From: Terriglobia bacterium | GTDB lineage: Bacteria > Acidobacteriota > Polarisedimenticolia > Polarisedimenticolales > JAIQFR01 | Reading direction: 5' to 3' | DNA: 64,000 nucleotides | Assembly: GCA_963748015.1 (NCBI GenBank) | Contig: CAVVHE010000005.1 | Location: forward strand, 160,001-224,000 | Part shown: one piece after another, positions 27,228-36,560 of the stretch | Layout: the number at the start of each line of letters is the position of its first letter | How positions within the stretch are numbered: position 1 is the stretch's first letter | Program-made: the position numbers and the translations under genes | The notes under the pieces: generated by a model | Seen by the model: the letters and a program-made list of their open reading frames with translations, nothing else | Database searches by the model: none | What the model was told of the DNA's origin: nothing

Positions 27228-28882
27228 CAGGGTTTTTGGGTTCTGTCACGGGAAGGCCCGTTTGGCGAGCAGATTGAGGCCGTGACTGGGGCGGGCGGCC
27301 ACGCGCTCGAAGACCTGCCGGGTCGTGCCCCAACCGCACCGCAGCACCGGTTGCAGCAACGCCGTGCGCAGCAGCGCCAGCGCACAGGCCGCGTTCTTGT
27401 GGCGCAGCCGGCAGCGCCACGCTTACCGCGCGCGTTTCAATCCGGCCCCGGCTGGGTTCGGTCTGGGCAAAAGGGGGGTGGCCCCGGCCAGTTTCTTCGC
27501 CGCGTTTTTCGGCACGGTGGGTTGGTTGTCCTTCACGCCCAGCACGTAGTCGCCGCCTTTTTCCTGGGTGATGATCTGCGCGGTTTCTTTCTGGCAGTGG
27601 AGCGGGTCGGCGGTGACAACGCAGCCCAGCAAGTTCACCGCGTCGGAGCGCAGGAGTGTTTGGGCGGCGGGCAGTTCGTGGCCTTTGTTGGGGGCGGCAA
27701 TAATCGCCACCGGCGCGCCGTCCTCGTGTTCGACCAGGCTGACAATGCAGCCCAGGTGGTCGCGAATGGTCTTGCCGTCCAGGGCCAGCGAGGCGGGCAG
27801 GCGTCCGGCCTGCGCTTGGAGCCAGCGGGTGAGGACGTCGGCCAGGGCTTCGAGGTCCAGGGCGATCAGGAGATCGCGCAGGACGGTGTAGGTCGGGGCC
27901 GGATAAAACTTCGTGCCTTTCTTGGGCCAGCAGCCGAGGGCTTTGCGCTGGGCTTGGGAGAGGCGGGTGCCGAAGCGCTGGATTTCGGCCAGGTCCACTT
28001 TGCCCGCCAGCAGGCCCAGCGCGACGACGGTGAGCGTGGGGGCCAGCGGATAGCGTTTCCCTTGGGCGCGGCGCGGGTCGGGCACTTCCCGCAGCGCGTC
28101 TTGGAGGCTGTAACGTTGGGCCGCGTTCAAGGCACAGCGGGCGGCCGCGCCGACGGTCAAGGCCGGGGCCTGGCGGGCGGACACTTCGGGGGCGCAAAGT
28201 TTTTCCTTCGCGTGCGGCGCCAGCGGTTTGAGCCAGAGCCGTTTGGGGTGGTCGTGAAAGGCGAAGAAGTCGCAGCGGTGGCGCGCGAAGCCGACGGTTT
28301 TCCCGACGGGTTCCCAGCCGGCGGCCTTGTAGCAGGTGCCGGCGTGGGCCTCGGGATCGGTGAAGGTTTCGGCCAGCAACGGCGCGTAACCACAGTGCGC
28401 GAACCACTGGTCGGGCAGCGCGGCGGTGGCGGCGGCGAGGATTTGGGAGGCGAGATTGGGGCGGCGGGCGGCGTCCGGGATGAGGAAGCGGGCTTGATTG
28501 ACGATGAGCTTGAGGCGCTGGGCGCGGGTAAGCGGATCCCAGCCGATCCAGGCGTCGCGGTCCTTGAGATGCAGGGCGGGCGCGCACCACAGGAGCAGGC
28601 CGACCCACTGACCGTCCTGCTCGGCAATCTGATAGAGGCGGTCGCCAGCGGGGAAGCGGGGGCCGAGAAAGTGTTCGGCCTCCAGGAGCGCGTCGAAGCG
28701 CTGGCGTTCGCAGCGGTCGGTGAGGACGCGCACGGCCAGCGGGCCGTGGGCGTCCGGCTGTGGGGCAACGGAGCAAGTCGGTTTCATCCCAGCCTACCGT
28801 GCGCCGGCAAACGCCAGATGTCAAGCCGGAAAAGAAACGCCTGATTTCACGGACACTTCCTCAGCAGAACATTTGTGCCGTG
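27228..28882 (-). mobile_element. ISAs1-family element with a DUF4338-fused transposase, internally deleted, 10-bp TSD
   Basis: Perfect direct repeats GGCTAGAATC at 27218-27227 and 28883-28892. Ends CAGGGtttttggGTTCTG / CACGGcacaaatGTTCTG. Confidence 0.85.
27423..28787 (-). CDS. DUF4338 + ISAs1 transposase N-terminal ORF (frameshift at C6T4, 27469-27478)
   Basis: EHFLG, RD.WIGW, NQARFLI, LAETFTD, GTCYKAAGW, then VPDPRR..G.RY, LALDGKT.R, HEL, TADPLHCQ, GGDYVL.VK.NQP. Confidence 0.85.
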   Translation of the reverse strand: MKPTCSVAPQPDAHGPLAVRVLTDRCERQRFDALLEAEHFLGPRFPAGDRLYQIAEQDGQWVGLLLWCAPALHLKDRDAWIGWDPLTRAQRLKLIVNQARFLIPDAARRPNLASQILAAATAALPDQWFAHCGYAPLLAETFTDPEAHAGTCYKAAGWEPVGKTVGFARHRCDFFAFHDHPKRLWLKPLAPHAKEKLCAPEVSARQAPALTVGAAARCALNAAQRYSLQDALREVPDPRRAQGKRYPLAPTLTVVALGLLAGKVDLAEIQRFGTRLSQAQRKALGCWPKKGTKFYPAPTYTVLRDLLIALDLEALADVLTRWLQAQAGRLPASLALDGKTIRDHLGCIVSLVEHEDGAPVAIIAAPNKGHELPAAQTLLRSDAVNLLGCVVTADPLHCQKETAQIITQEKGGDYVLGVKDNQPTVPKNAAKKLAGATPLLPRPNPAGAGLKRAR

Positions 28883-29087
28883 GGCTAGAATCCTATGTGG
28901 CTAGAATCCTGTGCTAGAATCCTGTTGACAGAGTGAACCTGGTCAGTCAATTTCTAAGACTAAGAGCTGTTAGAAACTTAGATTAACTCTCACCCAGTTA
29001 ACAAAGAAAGCAGCCAATAAAGGACGGGAAGCATTCACACTACTTAACGCCATTTAGGCGGTGGTGCCGTGCTAAAAGTGTAGTTGT

Positions 29088-29852
29088 ATGTTCGCGCAAG
29101 ACTCAACATTGACTGGGTGCGAGGAGGGAGTTGCAGAATCTGCACTTTGGGGCTCCTGCCAACCGATTCCCTTTTGGAAGCGGCTATTGGACGTCTTGCT
29201 GGTCTTTCTTCTCAGCCCGCTTTGGCTACCGGTCATGCTCTTCATTGCGATCGGCATCAAAATCGCTTCAAGAGGCCCGGTGATTTTTCGTCAGGAACGC
29301 TTGGGGTGCCGCGGACAGCGGTTCATGTGTTTGAAATTTCGCAGCATGTATTGCAACGCCGACACCAAACTTCACAAGGAGCACCTCAGTTACTTGATGA
29401 AATCGGGCCAGCCGATGGTCAAGCTCGACAAGGGGCGTGATCCGAGAGTTATCCCGTTTGGTCAGGTATTGCGGGCGAGCGGTTTGGATGAACTTCCGCA
29501 GATCTTCAACGTGCTGCGGGGGGAGATGAGCCTGGTGGGCCCGCGTCCCTGCACGGTTTATGAGTATGAGGCCTATTCGCCGTGGCACAAGCAACGGTTG
29601 GCTGCAGTGCCGGGCTTGACCGGTTTGTGGCAGGTCAGCGGTAAGAACCGGACAACCTTTGAGCAGATGGTTCAGTTGGACATTGAATATGGCAGAAACC
29701 TTTCGCTGGGTCGTGACCTGAGGATATTGGCCAGGACCTTTGGCGTTCTGTCCGGACAGATCATGGATTCTGTCATGCCGGGAAGACAGTCAAGGAACTT
29801 TGAGAAACAGAAGGAGCTAACTACCCATGAAAGACTCGGTCAACAAATCTAA
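29088..29852 (+). CDS. Priming phosphoglycosyltransferase (Bac_transf sugar transferase)
   Basis: KRLLD, GPVIFRQER.G, KFRSM, DPRV, LR..GLDELPQ..NVLRGEMSLVGPRP, PGLTGLWQVSG. Confidence 0.93.
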   Translation: MFAQDSTLTGCEEGVAESALWGSCQPIPFWKRLLDVLLVFLLSPLWLPVMLFIAIGIKIASRGPVIFRQERLGCRGQRFMCLKFRSMYCNADTKLHKEHLSYLMKSGQPMVKLDKGRDPRVIPFGQVLRASGLDELPQIFNVLRGEMSLVGPRPCTVYEYEAYSPWHKQRLAAVPGLTGLWQVSGKNRTTFEQMVQLDIEYGRNLSLGRDLRILARTFGVLSGQIMDSVMPGRQSRNFEKQKELTTHERLGQQI

Positions 29853-31071
29853 CGCCGCGCGGCGGTTTCGTCGCACTGGCACCAACGGCAATGGACAAAC
29901 CGTGCATGCACGTGGGAACGGCAACGGAGTCGGTGAGTCGCACGGACGGCAGCCGGAGTTGGGCGCTCACGCCGTGATTCGGGTCAGGCGCCAGTCGGTG
30001 AGCGGGCGCATTGGGATTGGCATCATCGGCTGCGGCTATTGGGGACCGAATTTGGTGCGCAATTTGAATTCCATCGGTGACTGCAGCGTTCGCTGGCTCT
30101 GCGACCTGAATCCAAAGCGGCTGCAGCATCTGAGCTCGCTCTACACCGTGGCCAAAACCACGAGCAACTTCGAGTTGGTGTTGAATGACAAACAGGTCCA
30201 GGCCGTGGTGATCGCCACCCCCGTGGGCACACACTTTCCGCTGGCGAAGGCCAGTCTGCTGGCGGGCAAGCACGTATTCGTGGAGAAACCGCTGGCACGA
30301 TCCACGGCTGAAAGCAAAGAGTTGGTGGATATCGCGCGTCGGCAGGGATTGACGCTCATGGTGGGGCACACATTCCTCTACTCGGCGCCCGTTCGCAAAG
30401 TGAAGGAGATCATCGATCGCGGGGACATTGGACAGGTACGCTACATCAGCGCCCGGCGCCTGAACCTCGGACTGTTCCAGAAAGACATCAACGTGGCGTG
30501 GGATCTGGCACCGCACGATATATCGATTGTGCTTTATCTGCTGAGCGACATGCCCCGCAGTGTCAACTGTCGAGGCCATGCAAACGTCACTCCGGGCATT
30601 GAGGATGTCACCAATATGTGCCTTAACTTCGGTGGGTCTTGCTTTGCATCCATCCAAAGCAGTTGGCTGGATCCCTTGAAAGTGCGCGAAATGACCATCG
30701 TGGGTGACCGGCGGATGATTCTTTACAACGACGTCGCGCCCTTGGAGAAGATCAAGATCTTTGATGCGCGGGTGGAAACGCCGCCCCATTACGACACTTT
30801 CGCCGAGTTTCACTACGCCTACCATTACGGGGACATGTATGTTCCCTACCTCAAGCAGGAGGAACCCCTGAAGGTCGAGTGCCAGCACTTCATCGACTGC
30901 ATCCGCAGTGGACAGCGACCGTTCACATCGGGTGAGGACGGGCATAACATGGTGCGGGTGCTTGAGGCCGCCAGTCGGTCGCTCCGCCAGGGTGGAGCGG
31001 AGGTGCCGCTGGACGAAATCCCAAGTGTGGGGCAACCGACAATTGCTCAGCAGTCAACCGTTGTTGGCTAA
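29827..31071 (+). CDS. Gfo/Idh/MocA oxidoreductase (nucleotide-sugar dehydrogenase); start uncertain
   Basis: [41 protein letters not shown]. Confidence 0.9.
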   Translation: MKDSVNKSNAARRFRRTGTNGNGQTVHARGNGNGVGESHGRQPELGAHAVIRVRRQSVSGRIGIGIIGCGYWGPNLVRNLNSIGDCSVRWLCDLNPKRLQHLSSLYTVAKTTSNFELVLNDKQVQAVVIATPVGTHFPLAKASLLAGKHVFVEKPLARSTAESKELVDIARRQGLTLMVGHTFLYSAPVRKVKEIIDRGDIGQVRYISARRLNLGLFQKDINVAWDLAPHDISIVLYLLSDMPRSVNCRGHANVTPGIEDVTNMCLNFGGSCFASIQSSWLDPLKVREMTIVGDRRMILYNDVAPLEKIKIFDARVETPPHYDTFAEFHYAYHYGDMYVPYLKQEEPLKVECQHFIDCIRSGQRPFTSGEDGHNMVRVLEAASRSLRQGGAEVPLDEIPSVGQPTIAQQSTVVG

Positions 31072-31074
31072 TCT

Positions 31075-31575
31075 ATGAGTGGAGTCGGGCCATCCGGGCT
31101 GAAACGCATTGCCCCCAACGTGAAACTGGGGCAAGGCGTTAGCGTGTGCGATTTTACCAATCTCTATGGCTGCGAGATTGGAGACGAAACCAAGATTGGT
31201 CCGTTCGTGGAAATACAGAAGGGTTCGAAGGTGGGGCAACGCTGCAAGATCTCCAGCCACACATTCATCTGCGAAGGCGTTACCATTGAGGACGAGGTGT
31301 TTATCGGGCACAACGTGACGTTTATCAACGACCGTTGTCCGAGAGCCACCAACCCGGATGGAACGATCCAAACCGAACAGGACTGGCACTGTGAGAAGAC
31401 CTTGGTGAAACGTGCAGCCTCGATCGGGTCCAGTGTTACGGTGCTCTGTGGTGTTACTATTGGTGAGGGGGCCTTGGTGGGTGCGGGGAGCGTGGTGACT
31501 CGCGACGTTCCGCCTCGCATGGTGGTCGCGGGCAATCCAGCGCGTGTGCTCAAGGCAAATCCCGTTGCCGCGTGA
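31075..31575 (+). CDS. Hexapeptide-repeat nucleotide-sugar N-acetyltransferase (WbpD/FdtC-like)
   Basis: NLYGCEIG..TKIG.FVEIQK, KISSHTFICEGV.IED.VF.GH.V.FIND, GAGSVVTRDVP..GNPAR. Confidence 0.9.
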   Translation: MSGVGPSGLKRIAPNVKLGQGVSVCDFTNLYGCEIGDETKIGPFVEIQKGSKVGQRCKISSHTFICEGVTIEDEVFIGHNVTFINDRCPRATNPDGTIQTEQDWHCEKTLVKRAASIGSSVTVLCGVTIGEGALVGAGSVVTRDVPPRMVVAGNPARVLKANPVAA

Positions 31576-31576
31576 T

Positions 31577-32671
31577 ATGCAAGTTCCCTTCTTGGAACTC
31601 GAGACTCAGCGCGGCGCGCTCATGCCAGGATCGGTCGTGGCTGTCATCGAGGCTACAGCCCCATCGACTGTCCCGGATTGGGATGAGCAAGTGCTCCAGT
31701 TTCGGGAAGGGTGCATCTTTCACACTCGTGGTTGGTTGGAAGTGCTGCGTCAGAGTTACGGATTTCGCCCCCTTTTTTTAGTCCTCAAGAAGAATGAGAA
31801 ATGGGCAGGCCTCCTTCCGGTGGTCGAAGTTTGCAGCCCGCTTACGGGCTGCCGGGGTGTGGCGCTGCCTTTCTCCGATTTCTGTCCCCCACTGAGCACC
31901 GAACCAGACGTTTTGGAATCACTATGGGGGGCTGCCCTCAGCCTGGGCACCCAGCGGAACTGGCGTTATCTGGACACCAGGGGGGGGGGCGCACCGGATG
32001 GCGAGCCACCTTCAATCGAGCACTATGCGCACATCCTCGACCTGACACCGTCGCAGGATGACCTCTTTGCGGGTTTCCGGCCCACCCTGCGAACTGCCAT
32101 ACGCAAGGCGCAGAAGAGCGGTCTCACAGTCGAAACTGCGCGATCCTTGGAATCCATCCGCGAATTCCATCGCCTGCAGGTCATGACCCGGCGGAGGCAG
32201 GGGCTGCCACCTCAGCCGGCGGGGTTCTTTGAGAAGCTTCATGAATGCTTGGTAGCCAAGAACTGTGGGGAGATTGTCCTCGCCCGGCACGGGAGAAGGG
32301 CGATCGCTGGCGCGGTGTTTTTATGGCTCGGACACCGTGCAGTCTTTAAGTTCGGAGCTTCCGATCCCCGATGGCTTGCTTTTCGCTCCAACAACTTGGT
32401 GATGTGGGCGGGAATTCAGTCGTGCCGGAACCACGGAATTCAGTCTTTGCATTTGGGTCGGACCTCCATTCACAATGCCGGCTTGCGTCGGTTCAAGCTG
32501 GGCTGGGGGACGGTCGAAACGCCGCTGGCCTACCATCGGCGCGACTGTCGGACCAAGGCCAGGATGGAGATTCGGGAGGATGTCGCCGCATGGCAGAACC
32601 GGCTTTTTTCGCGGTTGCCCTCGCCGGTTCTGCGGGCGATCGGTTCGGTCGCCTACCGTCACATCGGTTGA
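31577..32671 (+). CDS. FemAB-related GNAT protein (Acetyltransf_6) with a DegT-like N-terminal stub
   Basis: IFHT..W..VL..SYG, LPFSD, LDL..R.AIRKA.K.GL, RRRQG.PPQP..FF, FKFGAS, NNL.MW, GRT..N.GL.RFK..WG. Confidence 0.85.
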   Translation: MQVPFLELETQRGALMPGSVVAVIEATAPSTVPDWDEQVLQFREGCIFHTRGWLEVLRQSYGFRPLFLVLKKNEKWAGLLPVVEVCSPLTGCRGVALPFSDFCPPLSTEPDVLESLWGAALSLGTQRNWRYLDTRGGGAPDGEPPSIEHYAHILDLTPSQDDLFAGFRPTLRTAIRKAQKSGLTVETARSLESIREFHRLQVMTRRRQGLPPQPAGFFEKLHECLVAKNCGEIVLARHGRRAIAGAVFLWLGHRAVFKFGASDPRWLAFRSNNLVMWAGIQSCRNHGIQSLHLGRTSIHNAGLRRFKLGWGTVETPLAYHRRDCRTKARMEIREDVAAWQNRLFSRLPSPVLRAIGSVAYRHIG

Positions 32672-33089
32672 TCGTGCGGGTGGCCACCGCGCCTGAGCGG
32701 ATTCAAGCGGGAGCCCAGGGAAAGCATTCGGAAAGAGGATGCGGTGCCGTTGGGGCCGCAGGGTGGATGGACAGAATGAAATGGTGCCGAACAATCGCGG
32801 GACTGCGAAGTGACGGGGGCGAAGCCTGCCCATGCCGCACTTTTGACGCAATGAACAGGAGCAAACAGAGAGAAGAGAGCGGTTTGGCCGTACTTCCAAG
32901 ATGAAGCAGGGGACGTGCAACCCGCTCCCTTCGTCAAGGAGATCTTGACGACGTGAGGCTTTTGCCGGGAGTTCTGGCACTGGGAAAACCCCATTCAGAT
33001 TCTCTGGTGCCTCCTGTTGTCAGTTGTCCCGAGCCGAAACACGCCGAGATTGTTTGCGCGTGACTGACTCTGACACCACCCTTATCCAC

Positions 33090-35360
33090 ATGGCTGAAAA
33101 CCAGCAAAATGCGCCGCAGGGGATGAATGTCCGAGACGTACTGTTCATCCTCTTCCGGCACAAGTGGAAGATCCTCATCTTCGGGGTGATGGGTCTCGCG
33201 GCCGCGGTGGCAGCCTACTTCCACTTCCAACCGGGGTACGAAGCCACGGCGAAGCTGCTGGTTCGTTATGTCACCGAGACTCGCGGCCCTGAGGTCGAGG
33301 GTGATGATCGTCGCATCATGTCACCCAGCGCCGGCGGCGACAGCATCATTGAAGCGGAGGTGCAGATCCTGACCAGCTTCGATCTGGCCCTCGAAGTCGC
33401 CCGCCGATTGGGGCCGGTGAGAATCCTGAGTGGCGCAGGTGGTGAAACCAATCTCATGTCGGCAGCCGAGGTGCTGGTCAAAGGAGTCCGCGTGGATGTC
33501 CCCCGTCGCAGTGGAGTGATGGTCGTTTCCTTCGGCCATCCAGACCCCGAGGTGGCTCGCGAGGTATTGAATCAAATCATTGAGCTCTATCTGGAGAAGC
33601 ACCTCGAAGTGCACCGGGCCGTGGGGGCCTACGAGTTCCTCTCCCGCCAGACTGATGAATTGCGTTCTCGTCTTGCCCAGACCGAAGATGATTTGAATCA
33701 GCTCAAAGCCCGGGCCAACATCGTCACGTTGGAGGAGAGCAAGCGCATGGTGAGTCTGAGGCTTGAAAACCTCCAGAGAACATTGAGTGATGCGGAAGCA
33801 GAATTGGCATCGCGCATGGCGCGCTTGCAGGAACTTCAGCCCGCGGTGGTTGCGAGCATCGAGACCATCGCAACCAATGCCACGGAACGCATTGACCCGT
33901 CGACCGTGGCCGAGTATCAAGCCATCCTGCAACGGTTGGCGGAGTTGCGCCTCAAAGCCGGCGGCTACGCCTCCATCTACACGAGCAGCAACTCGATCGT
34001 GCAGTTGACGCAACGGTTGGTGGAGGAACAGGAACGATGGAAGCGCGAGTTTGAGGCGGCGCATCCGCAGGTGCTGTTGGCTGCTCCCGTGCCGCGTGCC
34101 GATGGCAGTGTGCCCCGTAGTGATCTGGCCCTGGAACGGGCGGAAGTCGCTGCTCTCAAAGCGAGGATCACCGAGCTTCAGGCACAGTTGGATAGGGCCG
34201 GGAAAGAGGCAGAGGCCATTGCTTCGGTGGAGGCTGAGATTGTGCGGCTCGAGCGCCGGAAGGAGCTCGAAGAACAGAACTACCGCTATTTCTCCGCCAG
34301 CCTGGAGAAGGCGCGCATTGACGAGGCGCTGGATCCCACCAAAATGCCCAACATCAGCAAGGTGCAGGAGCCGGTGGTCTCCCGGGCGCGCAATCCCCAG
34401 CGCAAGAAGGTCACTCTGGGTCTGGCGGCTGCCGGCTTCGGCATCGGCATCGCGCTCGCCTTCCTGGTCGAACTCTTCATTGACCAAACCTTTAAGCGTC
34501 CCCAGGAGGTCGAGGCTCGGACCTCGCTTCGCGTTCTCATGTCCATTCCGAGACTTCGGCAATTGCGGCCCGGCCGTCTTCCAAACGGATTGCCGGAATT
34601 GTTGCCACGACCCGTATCAGTCTCCGTGGGCGAGGCTGACTCCGCGACGACCTCGGACTCCCAGCCTGTCTTGGTTGGCCAGGTGTTCGCAACCGGCCCA
34701 TCGGGAACGAGGCCGCCAGGTCATTGGCCCTCCAGCGGACCTCTTCAGTCCTATTGCGAAGCGTTGCGGGACCGCATGATCCTTTTCTTCCAACTGCGCA
34801 AGCTCGCGCACAAACCAAAGCTCGTGGCGGTCACCAGTTGCACCGCGGGCGCGGGCGGCAGCACCATTGCGGCCGGCCTGGCTGCTTCCTTGTCCGAGAC
34901 GGGCGACGGCAAGGTGTTGCTGGTGGACATGAATGTAGGCAAGGGTGCGGTCCATCCCTTCTACCGCGGCTGCCTCGCGCCGGCCCTTCCTGAAACCTTA
35001 AATGGGGATAAACCTCAGCACGCGATGTTGAATGAGAATCTCTATGTGGCTTCGGCGGGGGACGGCGCCAGCAATCTTTCGCTGATGTTGCCGCGGCGGT
35101 TCGGGGACTTGGTTCCCAAGATGCGGGCCAGCGATTATGATTACATCATTTTTGACATGCCACCCATTTCCCAGACGGCCTCCACGCTCACGCTTTCCTC
35201 GTTCATGGACCAGGTGCTGATGGTGATTGAGGCCGAGAAAACGCCCAGGGACAGTGTGCGGAAAGCGGCTGCCCTTCTTCAGCAGACGGGCACAAATGTC
35301 TTTGGCGTGTTCAACAAGAGTTCCTCGTATGGCCCCGATTGGGTGCAGCCCGAGTCGTGA
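33090..35360 (+). CDS. Wzc/GumC-type polysaccharide co-polymerase with a degenerate tyrosine-kinase domain
   Basis: ILFRHKWKI + TM, coiled coil, second TM, D.TFKRP.EVE, VAVTS..GAGGST, LLVD, YDYIIFDMPP. Confidence 0.9.
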   Translation: MAENQQNAPQGMNVRDVLFILFRHKWKILIFGVMGLAAAVAAYFHFQPGYEATAKLLVRYVTETRGPEVEGDDRRIMSPSAGGDSIIEAEVQILTSFDLALEVARRLGPVRILSGAGGETNLMSAAEVLVKGVRVDVPRRSGVMVVSFGHPDPEVAREVLNQIIELYLEKHLEVHRAVGAYEFLSRQTDELRSRLAQTEDDLNQLKARANIVTLEESKRMVSLRLENLQRTLSDAEAELASRMARLQELQPAVVASIETIATNATERIDPSTVAEYQAILQRLAELRLKAGGYASIYTSSNSIVQLTQRLVEEQERWKREFEAAHPQVLLAAPVPRADGSVPRSDLALERAEVAALKARITELQAQLDRAGKEAEAIASVEAEIVRLERRKELEEQNYRYFSASLEKARIDEALDPTKMPNISKVQEPVVSRARNPQRKKVTLGLAAAGFGIGIALAFLVELFIDQTFKRPQEVEARTSLRVLMSIPRLRQLRPGRLPNGLPELLPRPVSVSVGEADSATTSDSQPVLVGQVFATGPSGTRPPGHWPSSGPLQSYCEALRDRMILFFQLRKLAHKPKLVAVTSCTAGAGGSTIAAGLAASLSETGDGKVLLVDMNVGKGAVHPFYRGCLAPALPETLNGDKPQHAMLNENLYVASAGDGASNLSLMLPRRFGDLVPKMRASDYDYIIFDMPPISQTASTLTLSSFMDQVLMVIEAEKTPRDSVRKAAALLQQTGTNVFGVFNKSSSYGPDWVQPES

Positions 35361-35483
35361 ATCAGGGGGGGGTGCACAAGGCGTCGAAGCGATGATGTTC
35401 AATTGCCTGCAGAGACAAGAGACCTGATTTCGCCGTGAAGCTTGTTTTGGCCGTCGGGCTTGAAGCTCAGTCAGCCAGCAGAA

Positions 35484-36560
35484 ATGCTCCGCAATCGAAT
35501 TTACTATGCTCTGAAGCCTTGGCTGCCGCGGCCGTTCCGCATCGGCTTGCGTCGTGCCTACGCCCGCAGCATCAGGAAACAGTCTGAGGGCCGCTGGCCG
35601 ATCCTCGAGTCGGCAGGGGTCGAGCCTGAGGGGTGGTCGGGGTGGCCGAATGGCAAGGAGTTTGCAGTGGTGCTCACCCATGATGTTGAGTCGCAGGAAG
35701 GACTCGACAGAGTGCAGAAACTAGCGAAGCTCGAAACGTCCATGGGGTTCCGCTCGGCTTTCTTCCTTATCCCGGCTGGGCCGTATCAAGCCCCGAGAGA
35801 AACCCTCACTTGGCTTACAGAGGACGGCTTCGAGGTTGGTGTTCACGACTGCCATCATGATGGCAGGCTATTCCAGTCACGGAGAATCTTCGATGATCAA
35901 TCGCGTCTGATCAACGCGAGCCTGATGGATTGGAAAGCAGTCGGATTTCGGTCTGGCTTTATGCTTCATAACCTGGACTGGATTCAACATCTGGACGTTC
36001 TTTACGACGCCTCGACCTTCGACACGGATCCCTTCGAGCCCCAACCGGAAGGTGTCGGCACCATCTTCCCCTTCTGGGTCCCAGGACCGAATCGCGTGCG
36101 TGTTGCGTCTGACTCTCGACCCTCAACCCTCAACTCTCAACCGTTTGGAACTCTTCGTTCTGGCTACGTCGAACTCCCGACCACCCTCGTGCAGGATTTC
36201 AACCTGTTCATCATCCTCCGGGAGCAGAGTATCAAAATCTGGAAACAGAAGACCCGCTGGATCGCCGCTCACGGAGGCATGGTGCTTTTGAACGTTCACC
36301 CGGACTACGCTTGCTTTGAAGGTAATTCCCGGAGGTGGATGGAGTATGACGCCTCCTTATACCGTGATTACCTGAGATGGCTGAAGGCGGAGTATGATGG
36401 TGCCTTTTGGCACGCCTTGCCTCGTGAGGTCGCGACGTTCAGCCGCGCGGCCCGGAGCGGGTTGCCGCCGACGGATGCGGTGGATCGGGCGAACCTCTTC
36501 GGTGCAGATCAAACCGTCGAAAGCGAAGCATTGCCGATTCGGTGTCCATCGACGTCATGA
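35484..36560 (+). CDS. Polysaccharide deacetylase family protein
   Basis: WPNGK.FAVVLTHDVE, GFEVGVHD..HDG, GFRS, YVELP.TL.QD, GG..LLNVHPDY. Confidence 0.85.
   Translation: MLRNRIYYALKPWLPRPFRIGLRRAYARSIRKQSEGRWPILESAGVEPEGWSGWPNGKEFAVVLTHDVESQEGLDRVQKLAKLETSMGFRSAFFLIPAGPYQAPRETLTWLTEDGFEVGVHDCHHDGRLFQSRRIFDDQSRLINASLMDWKAVGFRSGFMLHNLDWIQHLDVLYDASTFDTDPFEPQPEGVGTIFPFWVPGPNRVRVASDSRPSTLNSQPFGTLRSGYVELPTTLVQDFNLFIILREQSIKIWKQKTRWIAAHGGMVLLNVHPDYACFEGNSRRWMEYDASLYRDYLRWLKAEYDGAFWHALPREVATFSRAARSGLPPTDAVDRANLFGADQTVESEALPIRCPSTS
36113..36140 (+). repeat. Heptamer tandem repeat (CYCTCRA)x4 inside a CDS
   Basis: ctctcga ccctcaa ccctcaa ctctcaa. Confidence 0.7.

Noticed and set aside
23134..28787. 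Druantia anti-phage system
   Set aside because: Only DUF4338 domains associated with IS elements are present. No DruE-type helicase or other dru genes.
29057..29068. ops/JUMPStart element before the EPS operon (GGCGGTGGTGCC)
   Set aside because: Deviates from GGCGGTAGnnTG at key positions, and no RfaH/NusG paralogue is in the window.
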